A DNA stretch of 64,000 nucleotides from Squalus acanthias (GCA_030390025.1 CM059431.1:129210001-129274000), one strand, 5' to 3'; shown: positions 36,332 through 50,208, numbered from the stretch's first letter. Translations and numbers: made by a program. Notes: generated by a model not told the origin, from the letters alone.

Positions 36332-36965
36332 GGAGTGAATTTTTACACCCAAAAATGGGTGGGTTGGGGTCGGGTTAGATGTTAAAAATGTTTTAACCTG
36401 AAACACGACTCCTACACGTCCCCAACCCACACACTTTTGGGTTTAACGGAGGTGGGACAAGGGGTTGGCAATTTCAATATTTTAATGAGGCTGGCAGCCT
36501 TTGAGTAACCTGCTCTGCAGGTTTAACAGTAGCCAGCAAAGTTTCCCAAGCAGCTGAAGCGAGGCGAGGACAGCTTCGGAGAGAAGGTAAGTGCCTTTAC
36601 AGCACTGCTTGTGGGCCAGGAAGAGCAGGAGTGCTTGCCCCCAGCCCCCCAAGCTCCCTCCCTATCAGATCCGCCCCCACACCCCCAAACAAAGACCCCC
36701 AACGTCGGGGATTGGACCGCCCCCGGGAAATGTGATCAGACCTACCTGCTCCTGCTGCCTGCTCCGGAGTCCTCCCCGCCTGACTGGAAGCTAAGCCTGT
36801 CTATCAGGCTGACTTCCAGGCGGGGAACCTGTCAAGTACAAAGAGCGCAAGCTGTGAAGGTAAAACTCCTCAGCATGCGGCGAAAACCTGCCCGATACTC
36901 TGCCCCTCCCCCACGCCCCCCTCCCCCAATCCGCCTACGTAACCTGCCCGGGGTAATATCCAGGT
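36332..36965 (+). mobile_element. Non-autonomous Harbinger-type MITE (~630 bp) with a C-rich, GATC-containing core
   Basis: Start GGAGTGAATTTT; GAAGGTAAGT motif; shares blocks with 6013-6383 (inverted) and 34263-34345. Confidence 0.65.
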
Positions 36966-38182
36966 TTTCAATAAACTAATAGATTCTGTGTACAATGGAA
37001 AGGACATTTTACATTATCAGATTGAACTATGCATGGACTTCTGATGAGAGCACAACAAATGACACAGAACATTATTATCAGAGAACTTGCAGGCATTTAG
37101 TACATAAAGTTAGCATGTTTCTAACAGTAGACTTTATAAATTTTAAGTGCAATTATGTATTTATGCCAACTATTGTACATATTACTGGGTTCCTCAGCAA
37201 CCTCAGATGAGGAGATGGCATCATCAGCAATGTTCAGTTTGTAAAGGCAAGCTACGACACCTTAATTCTGTTACAGAGGTTTACTAAGTGCTGTTTTGTC
37301 ACCCAGTTCCTATTGTTTTCAATATTCTATCGCACTCCAGTTTCTACTTTGCTGATCATTACAGATATGGTTTAAAAGTATGATAGAATTCTGTGTAGAA
37401 TTGAATATCTGTTAACTATTTGAACCATGCTAACCCACGTGATTCCAGTACTTTTCAAAAAGGTTGCTTGTGTTCCAAAGAAAGAATTTGCTTTAAGAAT
37501 TTCATCACTGGAATATAAAGCTTGCCTAAAATGTGCCATTTTTCAGATGTAATTTGCATGTTTAGTGGCACAATAATTCATAATGTTTGCATAAGTCAAG
37601 TAATTATTTGCGTACATAAATGCACAGTGTTGATGAGTGCATCTATTACACTGGCAGTATAACTAACTTCAGGGTAGGCAAATTGGAGCATATTGGTTGG
37701 ATGTAAACTGAATGGTTTTAACACAACAAAACTATCTAAATTGTATTTACATCCAACAGTCCAAAATTCCCCCTGAATGTCCTAAAAAACTGATCATTTT
37801 ACAAAATAATAAACAGGAAAAAAAAACACAATTTAAAACATATAAAGGCAAATTCAGCAATTTCACACTGCCAGTGGAGAGTCACGATTGAAGCAATGAG
37901 GCTCAGAGAATTAGGACTACACTGTTGTAGTCCTAGTCCAACCTGCACTCCCTTTAAGCAGAGCACCCTGCTGGGGGTGTGGGGTCCTTGAATTTACCCA
38001 TATTTTAGCTATGTTTTATTTATTAATAATTTCTTTAAACCACTGCATACTTGCAGCAGGACTTGAAAGCACAAGTGTCAAAAATATTGTTGTATTGTGG
38101 ACTGTTGTTAGTATCAGTTATGGAAATGACAACTCCTGCCCTGGTAGAAACTGGGTTAGTTATTTCCAATTCCTTCACAGGA

Positions 38183-38986
38183 GCATAGGAACAGCAATAT
38201 GTTATTCAGCCCCTCGAGCCTGTTCCGCCATTCAATTAGATCATGACCAATCTGTATCTTAACTCCTTATACCCTCCTTGGTTCCATAACCCTTAATAAC
38301 CTTACCCTTGATACCCTTACCTAACAGAAATATATCAATCTCAGTTTTTAAATTTTCAATTGACCCCGAGCCACAATAGCTTTTTGTGGGAGAAAGTTCC
38401 AGATTTCCACCAGCCTTTGTGAGAAGAAGTGTTTCCTGACATCACCCCTGAACAGCCTAGCTCTAATTTTAAGGTTATGTCCCCTTGTTCTGGATTCTCC
38501 CACCAGAGGAAATAGTTTCTCTTTATCTACCCTATCAACTCCTTTAATCATCATAAACATCTCAATTAGATAACCCCGTAATCTTTTATACTCAAGGGAA
38601 TACAAACCTAGTCTATGCAACCTGTCTTCATAAGTTAACCCTTTTAGCCCAGGTATCATTCTGATGAATCTTCGCTGCACCCTGTCCAAGGCCAATATAT
38701 CCTTCCTGAGGTGTGGTGCCCAGAACTGAACACAATACTCTAAATGGGGTCAAACCAGAGCTTTATATAACTGTAACATAACTTCCACTCCTTTGTATTC
38801 CAGCACCCTTGAGATTAAGGCTAATGTTCCATTAGCCTTTTTAATTATTTTTTGTACCTGTCCACTAGTTTTTAGTGATTTCTGTACTTGGACCCCTAAA
38901 TCTCTCTGCTCCTCCACAGTTCCTCGTTTCTCACCATTTAGAAAATACTCTGATCAATCTCTCTTAGGTCTAAAGTGGATGACCTC
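38183..38986 (-). mobile_element. CR1 3' fragment
   Basis: ALDRVQRRFIRMIPGLKGLTYEDRL..IWNFLPQ. Confidence 0.92.
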
Positions 38987-40142
38987 AGCTGCAGGATACT
39001 CCAGTTAATTAAAGCTCTGAGATTTTATTACCAAGGATGCAATGAAGAATGGCTTGGAAAGCATTTTCACAACTGCTTATAGCAAAGGAGTACATAAGGG
39101 CTTCATGACTATAACTGTTTGTATTATGGTGATGCTACTAAATATTTGAACGTTCCTGTATAAAGACCCAGACTGCTGTTAGTGAATATATGGTTGGATC
39201 TAACACCAGTATAACTTAGAAATCGCTGTTGGTATAAAGCATTACGCTGTGAAAATTAAGTGACAGGGACTGCAATGTTGGGAGTGCAGTACATCACTCA
39301 CTGACTGCGTGTTGTCTGACACTAACAAAATTGATGCAGAGCAAAAGTGGACTGCAAGCACTAATGTGTTCAAATTGCACAAAACATCAATCAGAGGGCC
39401 AGGAAATATATTTAAGGAGGACTCATGCGACATTGCTGCACAGAGAAAGAAAGCTGGAGTCTTCATGAAAAGTTGATTCAACTTCCCTTTCCACTTTAGT
39501 CACTAAAGGGACTGCATTCAGTGCTCCACTAGTACTGGACTTGGCACAGGAGACCAGCAAGAAAGAACTCTCTGTGATATCATATGTCATGTGTAGTATA
39601 CTGTCAAACCCCACTAATTCATGACACAGCACAGTCCCATATCAGGAATAAGTGTGTTGGCTTGCTGTAGGATTTCACTGACAGTCCACTAGAAATCTGT
39701 GCCTTCCTTGGGCTGTACCCTGTGAAAGCTTTGCATGCATGTCAGCCACATCCAGCACTGTGATGGCTGACTAATGTTGCCAGATTTCAGTATTTTTTTA
39801 ACTTAATATTTAGAACGCAACAAATCAATTTAAATTAAATGTTAATATTAATTTTATGTACGTACAATACCATTTACCTAAACAGTAGCACATGCGCTGT
39901 GGAAACCAACTGTTAATTCCAACAATGGGTCACACCTACAATTTGTCATTTCAAGCAAAGTTGATGGTATTTTGTACAAACAACTAAATAGAGAGGGGAA
40001 AATCTTGTAACATTTGAAATGCACAAAATTGAAAACCATACAGCTTCAACAAAATAATGAGTTTGTTTAGTAACTGCCTCACTAATTTAATGATTTAATG
40101 TTGTAGCTAACACAGTATAATTATAAGTAATTAAAAGATTAC

Positions 40143-40257
40143 GGCTGGGAAATTCCTCAGAGCTGCTCCCATTCAGCCTGTGTGAGTTCGCTGGAAGTGC
40201 AGCAGAAACCCAGTTTACGCTAGCGGAGTTGGAGCAGCTCCAAGGAACTTTCCAGCC
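40143..40257. mobile_element. Mini palindromic MITE
   Basis: GGCTGGGAAATTCCTCAGAGCTGCTCC / GGAGCAGCTCCAAGGAACTTTCCAGCC; same family as 57399-57537. Confidence 0.75.
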
Positions 40258-40519
40258 TATGAATATTTTAGCGAGGTTTTAAAGTGGAAATCGATTTCTA
40301 ATTAATTCCAAACATTTACTGTTATTGAACTTCATGGGATAGATGGTAAGCTACTCTGAAGATATTTTGCATTGATACTATTTAGTGGATGTATTCACAT
40401 CAATTTATATCATGTGTAGATAGAGGTTGCAATAATCCAAGTAGAATTAATAACTTTGATATAGTTGAAATAGAAGGCTGAGAGTGGCTGAGAGGGCTCA
40501 AAATAAATAAATCCCCAGA

Positions 40520-41030
40520 GATAGAAGAGAGACAAGGAAGCATATTTGTGAAGCACTAGAAGACATCAAGAATGGTCTCAATGAAGTGGAAAAGGTTAAT
40601 ATGGTGCCCATTTTCAAAAAGGTGAGAAAGCAGATGCAAGTAACTACAGACCCATTACACTTACTTCAATATCGTGCAAAATAATGGAATCCATTATCAA
40701 GAGAAAATATAAAGATTATCCCTGTGAAAATAATCTCGTAAACAGCATCAAACATGGATTCAGAAAAGAAAGATCTTCTCTGATAAGCCACCTTGATAAC
40801 ATCCCAAGTGGAATGTGGAAAGCCCTATATGACCTTCAAAAAGCATTTGGCAAAATTGCTCACGCAAGGAGTTAAGCTCCAGGCCTGGGGATTCAGGATA
40901 AAAGATGAAAGTGGATAACCAACTTGCTGAAAGGTAGAAACCAGCAAGCACTTGTTACAGGAGTTGTCAAGGCTGGAGGAAGTACTGAGTAGGTTGCCCC
41001 AGGAATTAATGAGGGGGCCTACAGCTTCTA
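40520..41030 (+). mobile_element. Old CR1-like ORF2 fragment
   Basis: VPIFKK..ASNYRPITLTSISCKIMESII..KHGFRK..DLQKAF. Confidence 0.75.
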
Positions 41031-41885
41031 AAGTGTGTTACACCTTGAATCCTAATCACTATATCAAAACGTTACTACTCCTCTACCTTCTTACTCTCCC
41101 GATGCCATTGCAGACTTGAATCCCCCTTGGATAATCCTACAACTACCTTGTCTTGAATTCTCCAAAGGCCCAACAAGGCACCTGTTATGAGCAGCAACCC
41201 TAACTGCCATATCCTCCTCTCTCACTGACCGTTCCACCTAGCACATCTGCTGAAGGCTAATCTCACCAACCACCTTCCCATCCTGCTCACTCCACCCACC
41301 ATTGCCACCTCAGACTCTGCCAGCAGACTTAAAATCACTGCCCCTTTCTACATTTGATTCCAGAATGTCTATTCACTTGCAATCCTGGCCCTTGCCATCC
41401 ACAATTTCAATGTGGATCAGAGCATTAATATCCAGGCCTTGACTGAAACATGTCTCACCTTTCCCCATACTGAATCCTCCACACTTGTCTGTATTTTTCA
41501 CCACCTGCCCTACCCAAACTGCCATAGTGGCGATGTGGTCCTTCTCACCAAATCACACCTTGATCTCTCCACTGACTTCTTTGGATCTTTCTCTTCCTTT
41601 GATTTTGTTACATCTCTCTCACCTCTCCTTTAAAATCCTCATTGTCTACCACCCCAAGTTTCTCATCAAAATATTCTCCCTCCTTTCCTTCTTCAGCCTT
41701 TGCACTGAGCAGTTCCTCATCCTTGGTGATTTCAAGGTTCATCTCAACTCCCCTAGCCCTCTCTCCTTGGAATTCACTAACTTACTGTTCTCCCTAAATC
41801 TCTCCCTCCATGTAAACTCTCCTACCCATCCTCACAGCCAACCCCTCAACATTGCCATCTCCCAATGTCTCTCTACTCCCATGGT

Positions 41886-42689
41886 GGACCACTTTCCATA
41901 CCTCGGGAGCCTACTGTCAACAAGGGCAGACGTCGATGCCAAAGTCCAACACCGCCTTCAGTGTGCCAGTGCAGCCTTCAGTCGCCTGAGGAAGAGAGTG
42001 TTTGAAGACCAGGACCTCAAACCCGGCACTAAGCTCATGGTCTACAGAGCAGCAGTGATACCCGCCCTGCTGTATGCCTCAGAAACATGGACCATGTACA
42101 GCAGGCACCTCAAAGCACTGGAGAGGTACCACCAGCGCTGTCTCCGCAAGATCCTGCAAATCCATTGGCAGGATAGGCGCACCAACATCAGTGTTCTCGC
42201 TCAGGCCAACATCCCCAGCATTGAAGCTTTGACCATGCTCGATCAGCTCCGATGGACGGGTCACATCGTCTGCATGCCCGATATGAGACTCCCAAAACAA
42301 GCGCTCTACTCGGAGCTCTGACACGGCAAGAGAGCCCCAAGTGGGCAGAGGAAATGCTTCAAGGACACCCTCAAAGCCTCCTTGAAAAAGTGTAACATCC
42401 CCACTGACACCTGGGAATCCCTGGCCCAAGACCGCACAAAGTGGAGGAGAAACATCCGGGAAGGCGCTGAACACCTCGATTCTCTTCGCCAGGAGCAAGC
42501 GGAAGCCAAGCGCAAGCAGCGCAAGGAGCGCACGTCAACCCAAGCACCCCACCCACCCGCCCCTTCAACCATCGTCTGCCCCACCTGTGACAGAGACTGT
42601 AGGTCCCGCATTGGGCTCATCAGTCACCTGAAAACTCATTTTTAATGCGAAGCAAGTCATCCTCGGTTCCGAGGGACTGCCTAAGAGAG
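41886..42689 (+). mobile_element. 5'-truncated RTE-clade LINE with 11-bp TSD
   Basis: VDHFPYLGS..LLYASETWT..QLRWTGHIV..CPTCDRDCRSRIGLISHLKTH; TSD ACTCCCATGGT at 41875-41885 and 42690-42700. Confidence 0.93.
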
Positions 42690-45134
42690 ACTCCCATGGT
42701 CTCTAACACAGACAAGGACATCTCCATCTACTTCCTTGAATCCCTCACCATCCACATTCCCCTACCCTCTTCCAAACAAACTTACTTCTCTGTCTGTCCC
42801 TGGAAAAAATTCTCCCCCCAAATCACTTACTTTCCCAACAGCCTAACCTTTGGCCCTTCACTCATCACAATATTTCTGCAGCCATCGATCTGCTTAACCT
42901 TGTCTCCCATCATGGTCGATCCTCCTGGTATGACCCCTGATCTTCTCTCCCTCAAATCCAAGGGGGGCAAAGTCGAGGTACTTGGTGCACAATTAGTTTA
43001 GTCATTCATCACCAGATCTGGCAGGATCAATTTAAGCACTATTGGGCATCACTCTCCTTTGCCAAAGCCATCCAGTACTCCAGGATCATCCTCGAGAGCA
43101 AAGATGATCCCCGGCTTCTTTTCTCCACTACCAACCATCTCCTTAAATCACTGTCCCTGCCCCATCTATCCTCCACTCAAACAAGTGCAAGGAGCTCATG
43201 GACGTCTTTGTCACTAAGGTTGAGACCACCCATCCAGCTGCCTCTGCTGCTTCTTCCCATTCCCCTTGCTGACTAAGCAAAAACTCCCCCAAGGTTTCCC
43301 CTGCCCCAGCCCTGATCCCGTGTCCTTCCACTGTTTCTCTCCTATCCAAACTCATGCCCTCTCTAAGCTCACCTTTTCCATGAGACCAACCTCCTGCTCC
43401 CTTGACCACATTCGCACTAAACTGCTGACCACCCAAATTTCCTTCCTGCCCCCATGCTGGCTGGCATTGTAAGTAGTACTCTCTCCTCAGTTATTGTCTG
43501 CCTCCCTTCCAAAACAGCCATCATCACCTACTTCCTCCTAAAACCCACTTTTGATGCTTTTATCCTTGAAAACTACTGCCTCATCTACAGCCTTCCTTTC
43601 CTTTCCAAAGTCCTTGTACATGTTGTCTCCCAAATCCATGCCGATCTTTCCCGCAACTCCATGTTTGAATCTATCAATGGTTTCCATCCCTAAACAGCAC
43701 TAAAACATCGCTAATCAAAGTCATGAATGACATCCTCTATTACTAGGACCATGGTACGTTTCCTTCCTCATCTTCCATGACCTCACTGTAGCCTTTGACA
43801 GAGCGTACCACACCATCCTCCTCAATGCCTCGTCTGCATTGGCTACCTCAGTGGGATGTCCTCTTTTGCTTCCATTCTTACCTAACAAATCATAGCCAGA
43901 GCATCTCCAGCAATGTCATATCTTCCTGCCCCCACACTGTTACCTCTGAAGTCCCATAAGGATCTGACTTTCTCCCCTCCTTTTCCTCATCTGCATGCTG
44001 CCCATAGTGATATCATCTGCAGTCATAGGGTCAGTTTCCACACGCAGGCTGACGACATCCAGCTCTACCTCTCCACCACCTCTCTTTATCCCTCCACTAC
44101 TCTGTGTTGTAGACTGCTTGTCCAGCATCCAGTCTTGGATGAGTTGGAACTTACTCCAGTAAAACATCAGGAAGACCAAAGCCATCGTCTTCAGCCTCCA
44201 CCAAAAACTCCATGCCCTTCCCACTGATTCCAGCGCTCTCCCCAGCCGCAGTTTCAAGTTGAACCAGACTGTTTGCAACCTTGACGTCATATTAAACGCT
44301 GAGCTGAGCTTTTGACCCCTGTCCTCTCCATCAGAGAATGCCTACTTCCACGTCTGTAACATCTTCCATCTCCGACTCTGCCTCAGCCCATCTTACAGCA
44401 CTAGATTCAAATATTCCAATGCTCTCAATGCTAGCCTTCCATCCTCCATGCATCACTTCAGCTCAACCAAAATTCTGCTGCCCATAATCTATCCCCCTCA
44501 CACATCACTCTTGTCCTTGTTGACCTACTTGGCTTCCGATCCCCTAACGTCTCCAATTTCAGATTCTCACCAATGTGTTTAAATCCTTTCATGTTCTCAA
44601 CCTTAATTTACCTCTGTAAACTTCTTCTGCCCTACAATCTCCCCCACCCCCAAATTCTCCATTCCTCTTGTGAATCCTCCCCTCCTTCTACCCCACCATT
44701 CAGCTGCCTCGGCCCATGCTCTGGAAATCCTTCCCTAATCCTTCCATCTCCCTTTCCTCTTTTATGATCCTCCTTAAAATCCATCCCTTCGACCAAGCTT
44801 TTGGTCACTTCTCCTAATATCTTTTTCTGTGGCTCAGCATCCATTTTTGTTTGATTACACCTCTGGGCTGGATTTTACCAGCGGAGGCGAGTTCGCAGCG
44901 GGAGAGCTAGTTGGCGGGTTCCGGTCCCGCTCCCGGCTCCAGCCGCTCTGTGTAAATTATTTTGCGTTGATTGGGCTTGTTAAGCCCGCCGTGCACGTTA
45001 CCCGGCCCAATTACAGGGTGCAGGTCTGTTGAGGTCCTCTGATGACGCGTTCGTTGCCGGACTACTTAAGGGGGACATGTCCCCATTTGCCCTCCATTTT
45101 GATTTGATGCTCCTGAGTGCTGCTGCTCTCCACG

Positions 45135-46902
45135 ATGTCTGCAGAGAGACCAAAGGCTGCTCCCCGCTTCAACGATGACTCCCTCCATGTTCTTGTGGAG
45201 GGAGTCAGAGGACTCAGGGAGGTTCTATTCCTGGGGGATGGAAGGACGAAACTTCCTCAGCAGACAAAGGCAGCCTGGCTGCAAATAGCTGAGGAGATGA
45301 ATGCAAGGTGTGTGTTTACTCGCACCTGGGTCCAATGTAGGAAAAGGTTCAATGATCTCCTGCGTTCAGGAAAAGTGAGTATACCTTCATTCTGCTGTGC
45401 CTGTCATCACATCCCAATTACTCTGCATTGTCAACCCTACTCCTGCACATCCTAACTCACTCCAACATCCCTTGCATCATCACCCATCCGTCTCTCCCTA
45501 TGTACAGAATCACATCCCCATCTTACCATGCACCCCTCACACTCATCCTCAATGTTATGCAATCATGGCACCCCACTCCATCATAGTCTCCCTCCAAACA
45601 TCTATCCTATCCATTCTTTACACTCATTCTATCACTCTCACTAAAACTGCATTCTTCCCCTCATTGCAGGAAAAGAGATCCCACAATAAGAGGGGGAGGG
45701 AGAGAACAGGAGGAGGAGCACCATCACTCGCTGAGTTCACCAGTGCTGAAGAGGCAGCTCTCGACATTGCAGGAGCAGTTGACCAGCTTGAAGTGGGGGA
45801 CGGAGAGAGGGCCTCAGTAGAACAATTTGACATTCATGAGTGACTCATATGGGATCTGATGGCAATGCTCATCATTTGCGTAATGGGATGTGTCTGCAAT
45901 CTACATATCACATGTCTAACTCATGTCCTTACTCTCCCACAGGACCATCCAGAGGCCCCCTCCCTACTGTCCAGGAGGAAGAGCAAGAGGACTCCTCAGA
46001 GGATCCTCCAGCCTCTGAGGGAGCAACGTCAGCAGAAATGAGCGCACCAAGCACCAGCGCAGAAACGCACACCTCAGTGGGTCCTATGCGAGATAGAGTG
46101 AGCATCAGCAGATGGTGGAGACAGGGACAACAGTGGAGAGTCCTCGTTGGAGGCCGCAGGATGCTCCTAGCCCTGCTAAGCTGCATGTAGACGCTGAGCC
46201 TCGGGGGCCATCCAGAAAGAGAGCGGTGCTGGAGCTTCAGGAACAAGTGCAGGAGTACTGACTGGGTTAGCAACCACGGTGACTGTGAGTATGTAGAGAA
46301 TGGAGGAGTCCATCTCAAATATGAGCAGCATCATGGTGCAGGCACTGGCAACTGTAGGTACTGCCATGGAGGACTTAAATCGCCAGACTCAGGGGAACAT
46401 GGTAACACTTCTAAATAGATGGTCAGCTATGGAGGATAGATGGGCATCTATCGAGGAGGGAAACCAAAGGTTCATGGACGTCCTTGTTATGAGGAATGTC
46501 AGTACAGACATGGGTGCTCCTGGCCCCACTGATGTGTAGCAAGGTGCTCTCCAGCTACTTGCTAGCAGAGAAGTGTGGGTGGCCCATGAGAGGGATGATG
46601 GTGGGAGGGGACATGGAAGTGGGGGCTCCTCTGGAAGTGCTCAAACTACCACCCCCTTGCCAACCCCTCAGTCAGAGCCCCATATGCCTCCCCGAACAGT
46701 GATGGCCGAGTCTGCCCCTGCACAGCCGCAGGAGGAGCAGACTTTGACGGGACCCTCACAGGCTCCAAAACCCAGAGGACGACCGCCAAAGGCGTCTAAG
46801 CAGGCGCAGCAGGGAAGTGAGCAGGCTGCCTCTACATCTGCTGAAGCCACAGGGGTAGCACCACGTAAAAGCATGCATAAAAGAAAGCTCCCACATAAAT
46901 AG
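45135..46902 (+). pseudogene. Harbinger Myb/SANT-like (NAIF1/MSANTD-type) gene: exon 1 45135-45374, exon 2 from 45670, exon 3 from 45943 (frameshifted)
   Basis: MSAERPKAAPRFNDDSLHVLVEGV..AWLQIAEEMNARCVFTRTWVQCRKRFNDLLRSGK|gtgagt; ttgcag|EKRSHNKRGRERTGGG; cccacag|; C-terminal KPRGRPPK..ATGVAPRKS. Confidence 0.9.
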
Positions 46903-47189
46903 TCACAAGGGTAGTCACTTGGGTGTTTTGCTCCAAATGAATGTTAAGTTTCTGTTCTTTTATTTTGTTGTAATAAAGTAATGTTTTGTGAATGTTTGAA
47001 TTCATTGCCATAGGTATGCTTACAATTTGAAGTGGCACAGTGAAGGCTAAGGGCACCTTTTATGTCCAGCAATGGCGGTGACAGTGCAAGGAATGCACAG
47101 TTCATTGTAGAGATGCTCTATGGTGTTGAAGTGGGATCATGCCAACCTTCATGTGCATGTGGCAGCCACATTTCTGTGCTGCATAAAGT

Positions 47190-47910
47190 TAGGTGAATCT
47201 GGCATTGATTAGGCCATCCCTGGCATCACGGGCAGCAATGTGCTCGCGTGCTGTCGCACTGGGTCAGCCGCCTCCTTCAGGTCTTCCTCATCTGGAACCT
47301 CATTCTGCTCCTCCTCCTCCTCCCCCTCCTCCTCCTCTGAAGAGGCTGTGTGCTCTGCACCTTGTTCCTCATTGCTAATCCTCACTGCAGTACGATGTTG
47401 TGCAGGGCACAGCAGACAACGATGATTCTAGAGACCCTGGCTGGTGCATACTGCAGGGCTCGACCAGATCTGTCCAGGCATCTGAAACGCATTTTGAGCA
47501 ACCCTATTGTTTGCTCTATGACACTTCTGGTGGAAATATGGCTTTGATTGTAGCACTCCTCAGACTCGTTTGATGGCCTCCTCAATGGTGTCATAGCCAC
47601 GTCTTCAGGGGATAGCCCTTGTCTCCAAGGAGCCAGCTAGTAAGTTCATTTGGCGGTGCAAAGAGCTGAGGGACAGTGGACTGGTGCAGGATGTAAGAGT
47701 CATGGTAGCTGCCCTGCGCAGCATCAGTTAGTTGAGGAGAAGGTTGACGCTCTTGTTGTTGGTGCTGCTGGTGTACCTGGTTCTGCTGCTGCTGTGGCTG
47801 ATTCTCCTCAGATTCTGAGGACCAGGATGAGAGAGTATAAATCATTCCGATTCTGCTGTTATATATGGCAGTTGAGGATGAGATGTTAGAAGCAGTCAGT
47901 CAATGGGGAG
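47190..47910 (-). pseudogene. Harbinger transposase C-half fused to a Gln-rich N-terminus
   Basis: [52 protein letters not shown]. Confidence 0.9.
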
Positions 47911-50208
47911 AGAGGTTATTCCAAGGAGGTGACATTGCATATAGAGTTTACAGCACACACTTACAGCCTGAATACAGATCAAATGTGTCTTCCAAATCCT
48001 GAAATCAGCAACTTCTGACATTTGAAAGTGAACAGATGTGAGAGGTTAGCTTTTATGCTGCAGTTGCAGTTGTGAACTATTCAGCTCGTTAGAACTCCCG
48101 ACATACTTACTTGACGTGATCTCCGAATGACGTGAAACCCGTTGAAAATGTGGGAAAATAAAAAAAGGCTGGCAAAATAGTAGTTAACAAGCACTTAACA
48201 AGCAGTTAACTATCTTAATTCCCTCACCCGCCGCTTGGTGTCGGCTCTGTTCTGAAATCGCAGACCCGACCCTTTGGAAACTTACATGGAGGTGGGTTCG
48301 CAGCGGGTTCCCAACCCGCCATCAATCATTTCAAATTTAACTGTTGACCTGCCTCCGAACCCGCCCTCTGAGCGCTGGCAAAATCACAGCCTCTGTGTGC
48401 ATTGGGGTGTTATTCTACATTAAAGGCACTATATAAATGCAAGTTGTTGTAGTAGTTATTGTTTTTATTGTTGTAATGATCCATAAAGTTGTCTTTGGTT
48501 AAAAGATGTTACCCATGCACATTCATTTCGTAGTAAAACTAGATATCAGAGAAATACTTTTGTCTCCAAACCCATCAATATTAATAATCTAAGATCATTT
48601 TAACACTGGCAGTTTTTCAAAGAGTGGTTGTTATGATATATCACTATTTCATTGTTTTTATTAAGCAATTTAATTTTTTTTTTAATCCAAGCAGGAAGTG
48701 CAAAAAGAAGGGACTGACTCAAAATAATCACATAAGATAAATTTGGAAATGTGAAACTTAAATTATTGAAAATACAATAATATCAGGAATTGGTGGTCTC
48801 TGGACAATGTTTCTCAGACGTTAATATAATTCAAGCTGGCACAATTTCAGGCAAAGGCAGGCAGGTACCTGATAATGTATAGGGTTAAATGCAGAACTGC
48901 GCAACCAGCCGCTAACTCCCAATAAAATATTTACCCAGAACAGATCCAAGCCATAGAGCTCAGAATCTGCTGTGACTATTTGTTATTTAGTGAAATAGGA
49001 GATTTACCTATTGACCACAAGATGGGAGAAGACTATCCTGTCAGTTATTGCATGCATACCAATAGATGCCTAATAAGTAAGAATTTTTTCTTATATTGTA
49101 TAATGCTTCCTCTATCAAATAAGTACACTTATGTAACCACCTACTTAGAATAGAGTGCAGAAGACATGGAGATAAATAGTTTGGAAGAAGAGGTCAGAGA
49201 ATATGAGGGATACCCTTCCCTGACTATGAAAAAAAGCTTCGATTCCTGATCAGCCTTACAAGATTCTGTTCCATCTGACTGTGCACAATAACCCATTACT
49301 TCAGTAGTGAAAGCATTAATAAGTTAAAAAGTGAATGAATTTGGCTGAATTCTTTATCAGCATTTATGACCATATGTAACTTTCGTATGATCTGTTTTTG
49401 CATTTTAAAAATCTCTATATCACTCTCCTTGTTCTGCATATTAACTCACTTTATTCACATTTAATTGTTTTTTTCACTTCAGTATTTCTCTTTAAAGAGG
49501 GCTGCCTTTCTCTTAATCTAGTACGCCATTGACACTTGCACTCTTCATTTTTTCCCTTTTTGGAATACTTGAGTATCAGCAGAGGCTACTTTGACACCAT
49601 TGATTCCTTTTGTAGTTCTTTGAACTCTTAGGAGACCAGTAGCTTGAAGCTATCACTACATCCTAATTGGTTTCCATGTATTCTGGACAAACTGGCTGCA
49701 TGGCTTGTTTATACAGCTTGATTGACAGCAATCTGGCAGCACATAAACTAATAGGATTATCATTTATACAATTTACTTGATAGGAGCCCAACATTGCCAG
49801 GTGTGCTGTTTAAACAAAGCCTATTGTACAAAATACCATTCATATTCAATTTGGGAGGTCCTTGAGATTTCTAACTTGTCTTAACATATTTTCTAGTCAG
49901 AGTGTAAATTAATGTTTGGTCCTTGCATTATTGTAACCTCCAATTTTTAAATTAATTGTGGCTTTCACAGTCTGACACATTAATCAACATCCAAAGCAAA
50001 ATAACCACATTGCCATTCAGCAAGACAATGTTCCTCTGCAGACAGCAAGGAGCCACATAGCTCATTGTCACAACATGGTTTACTTGGAGTTGTGTGCACC
50101 ATATCCATCAAGAGGTAGTGGGATTGAAAAATGACACAATGCTGTAATTCTTGCGGCCATTCATTGGCACGGTATTACATTTGTTCAATCATTCTTTCTG
50201 TTTCTTAG

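Larger units (their letters stand above)
44865..48391 (+). mobile_element. Harbinger element with a 3-exon Myb-like gene (+) and a half-deleted transposase (-); TSD TCT
   Basis: TIRs GGGCTGGATTTT / AAAATCACAGCC; TCT at 44862-44864 and 48392-48394; removing the element restores the L2 3' UTR. Confidence 0.92.
41150..48470 (+). mobile_element. Long degenerate L2 LINE (endonuclease + RT + tail) split by RTE (41886-42689) and Harbinger (44865-48391) insertions
   Basis: ALTETCL, LILGDFKVHLN (APE endonuclease); NYCLIYSLPFLSKVL; ADDIQLYLS (RT); the tail resumes at 48392 (..AAAGGCACTATATAAATGCAAGTTGTTG). Confidence 0.85.

Noticed and set aside
39240..39780. Possible coding or LTR remnant
   Set aside because: Only short ORFs with no recognisable motif, LTR pair or primer-binding site
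41485..42321. 278-aa endonuclease-RT fusion ORF
   Set aside because: Chance in-frame join of a decayed L2 endonuclease and an inserted RTE fragment, as shown by the TSD
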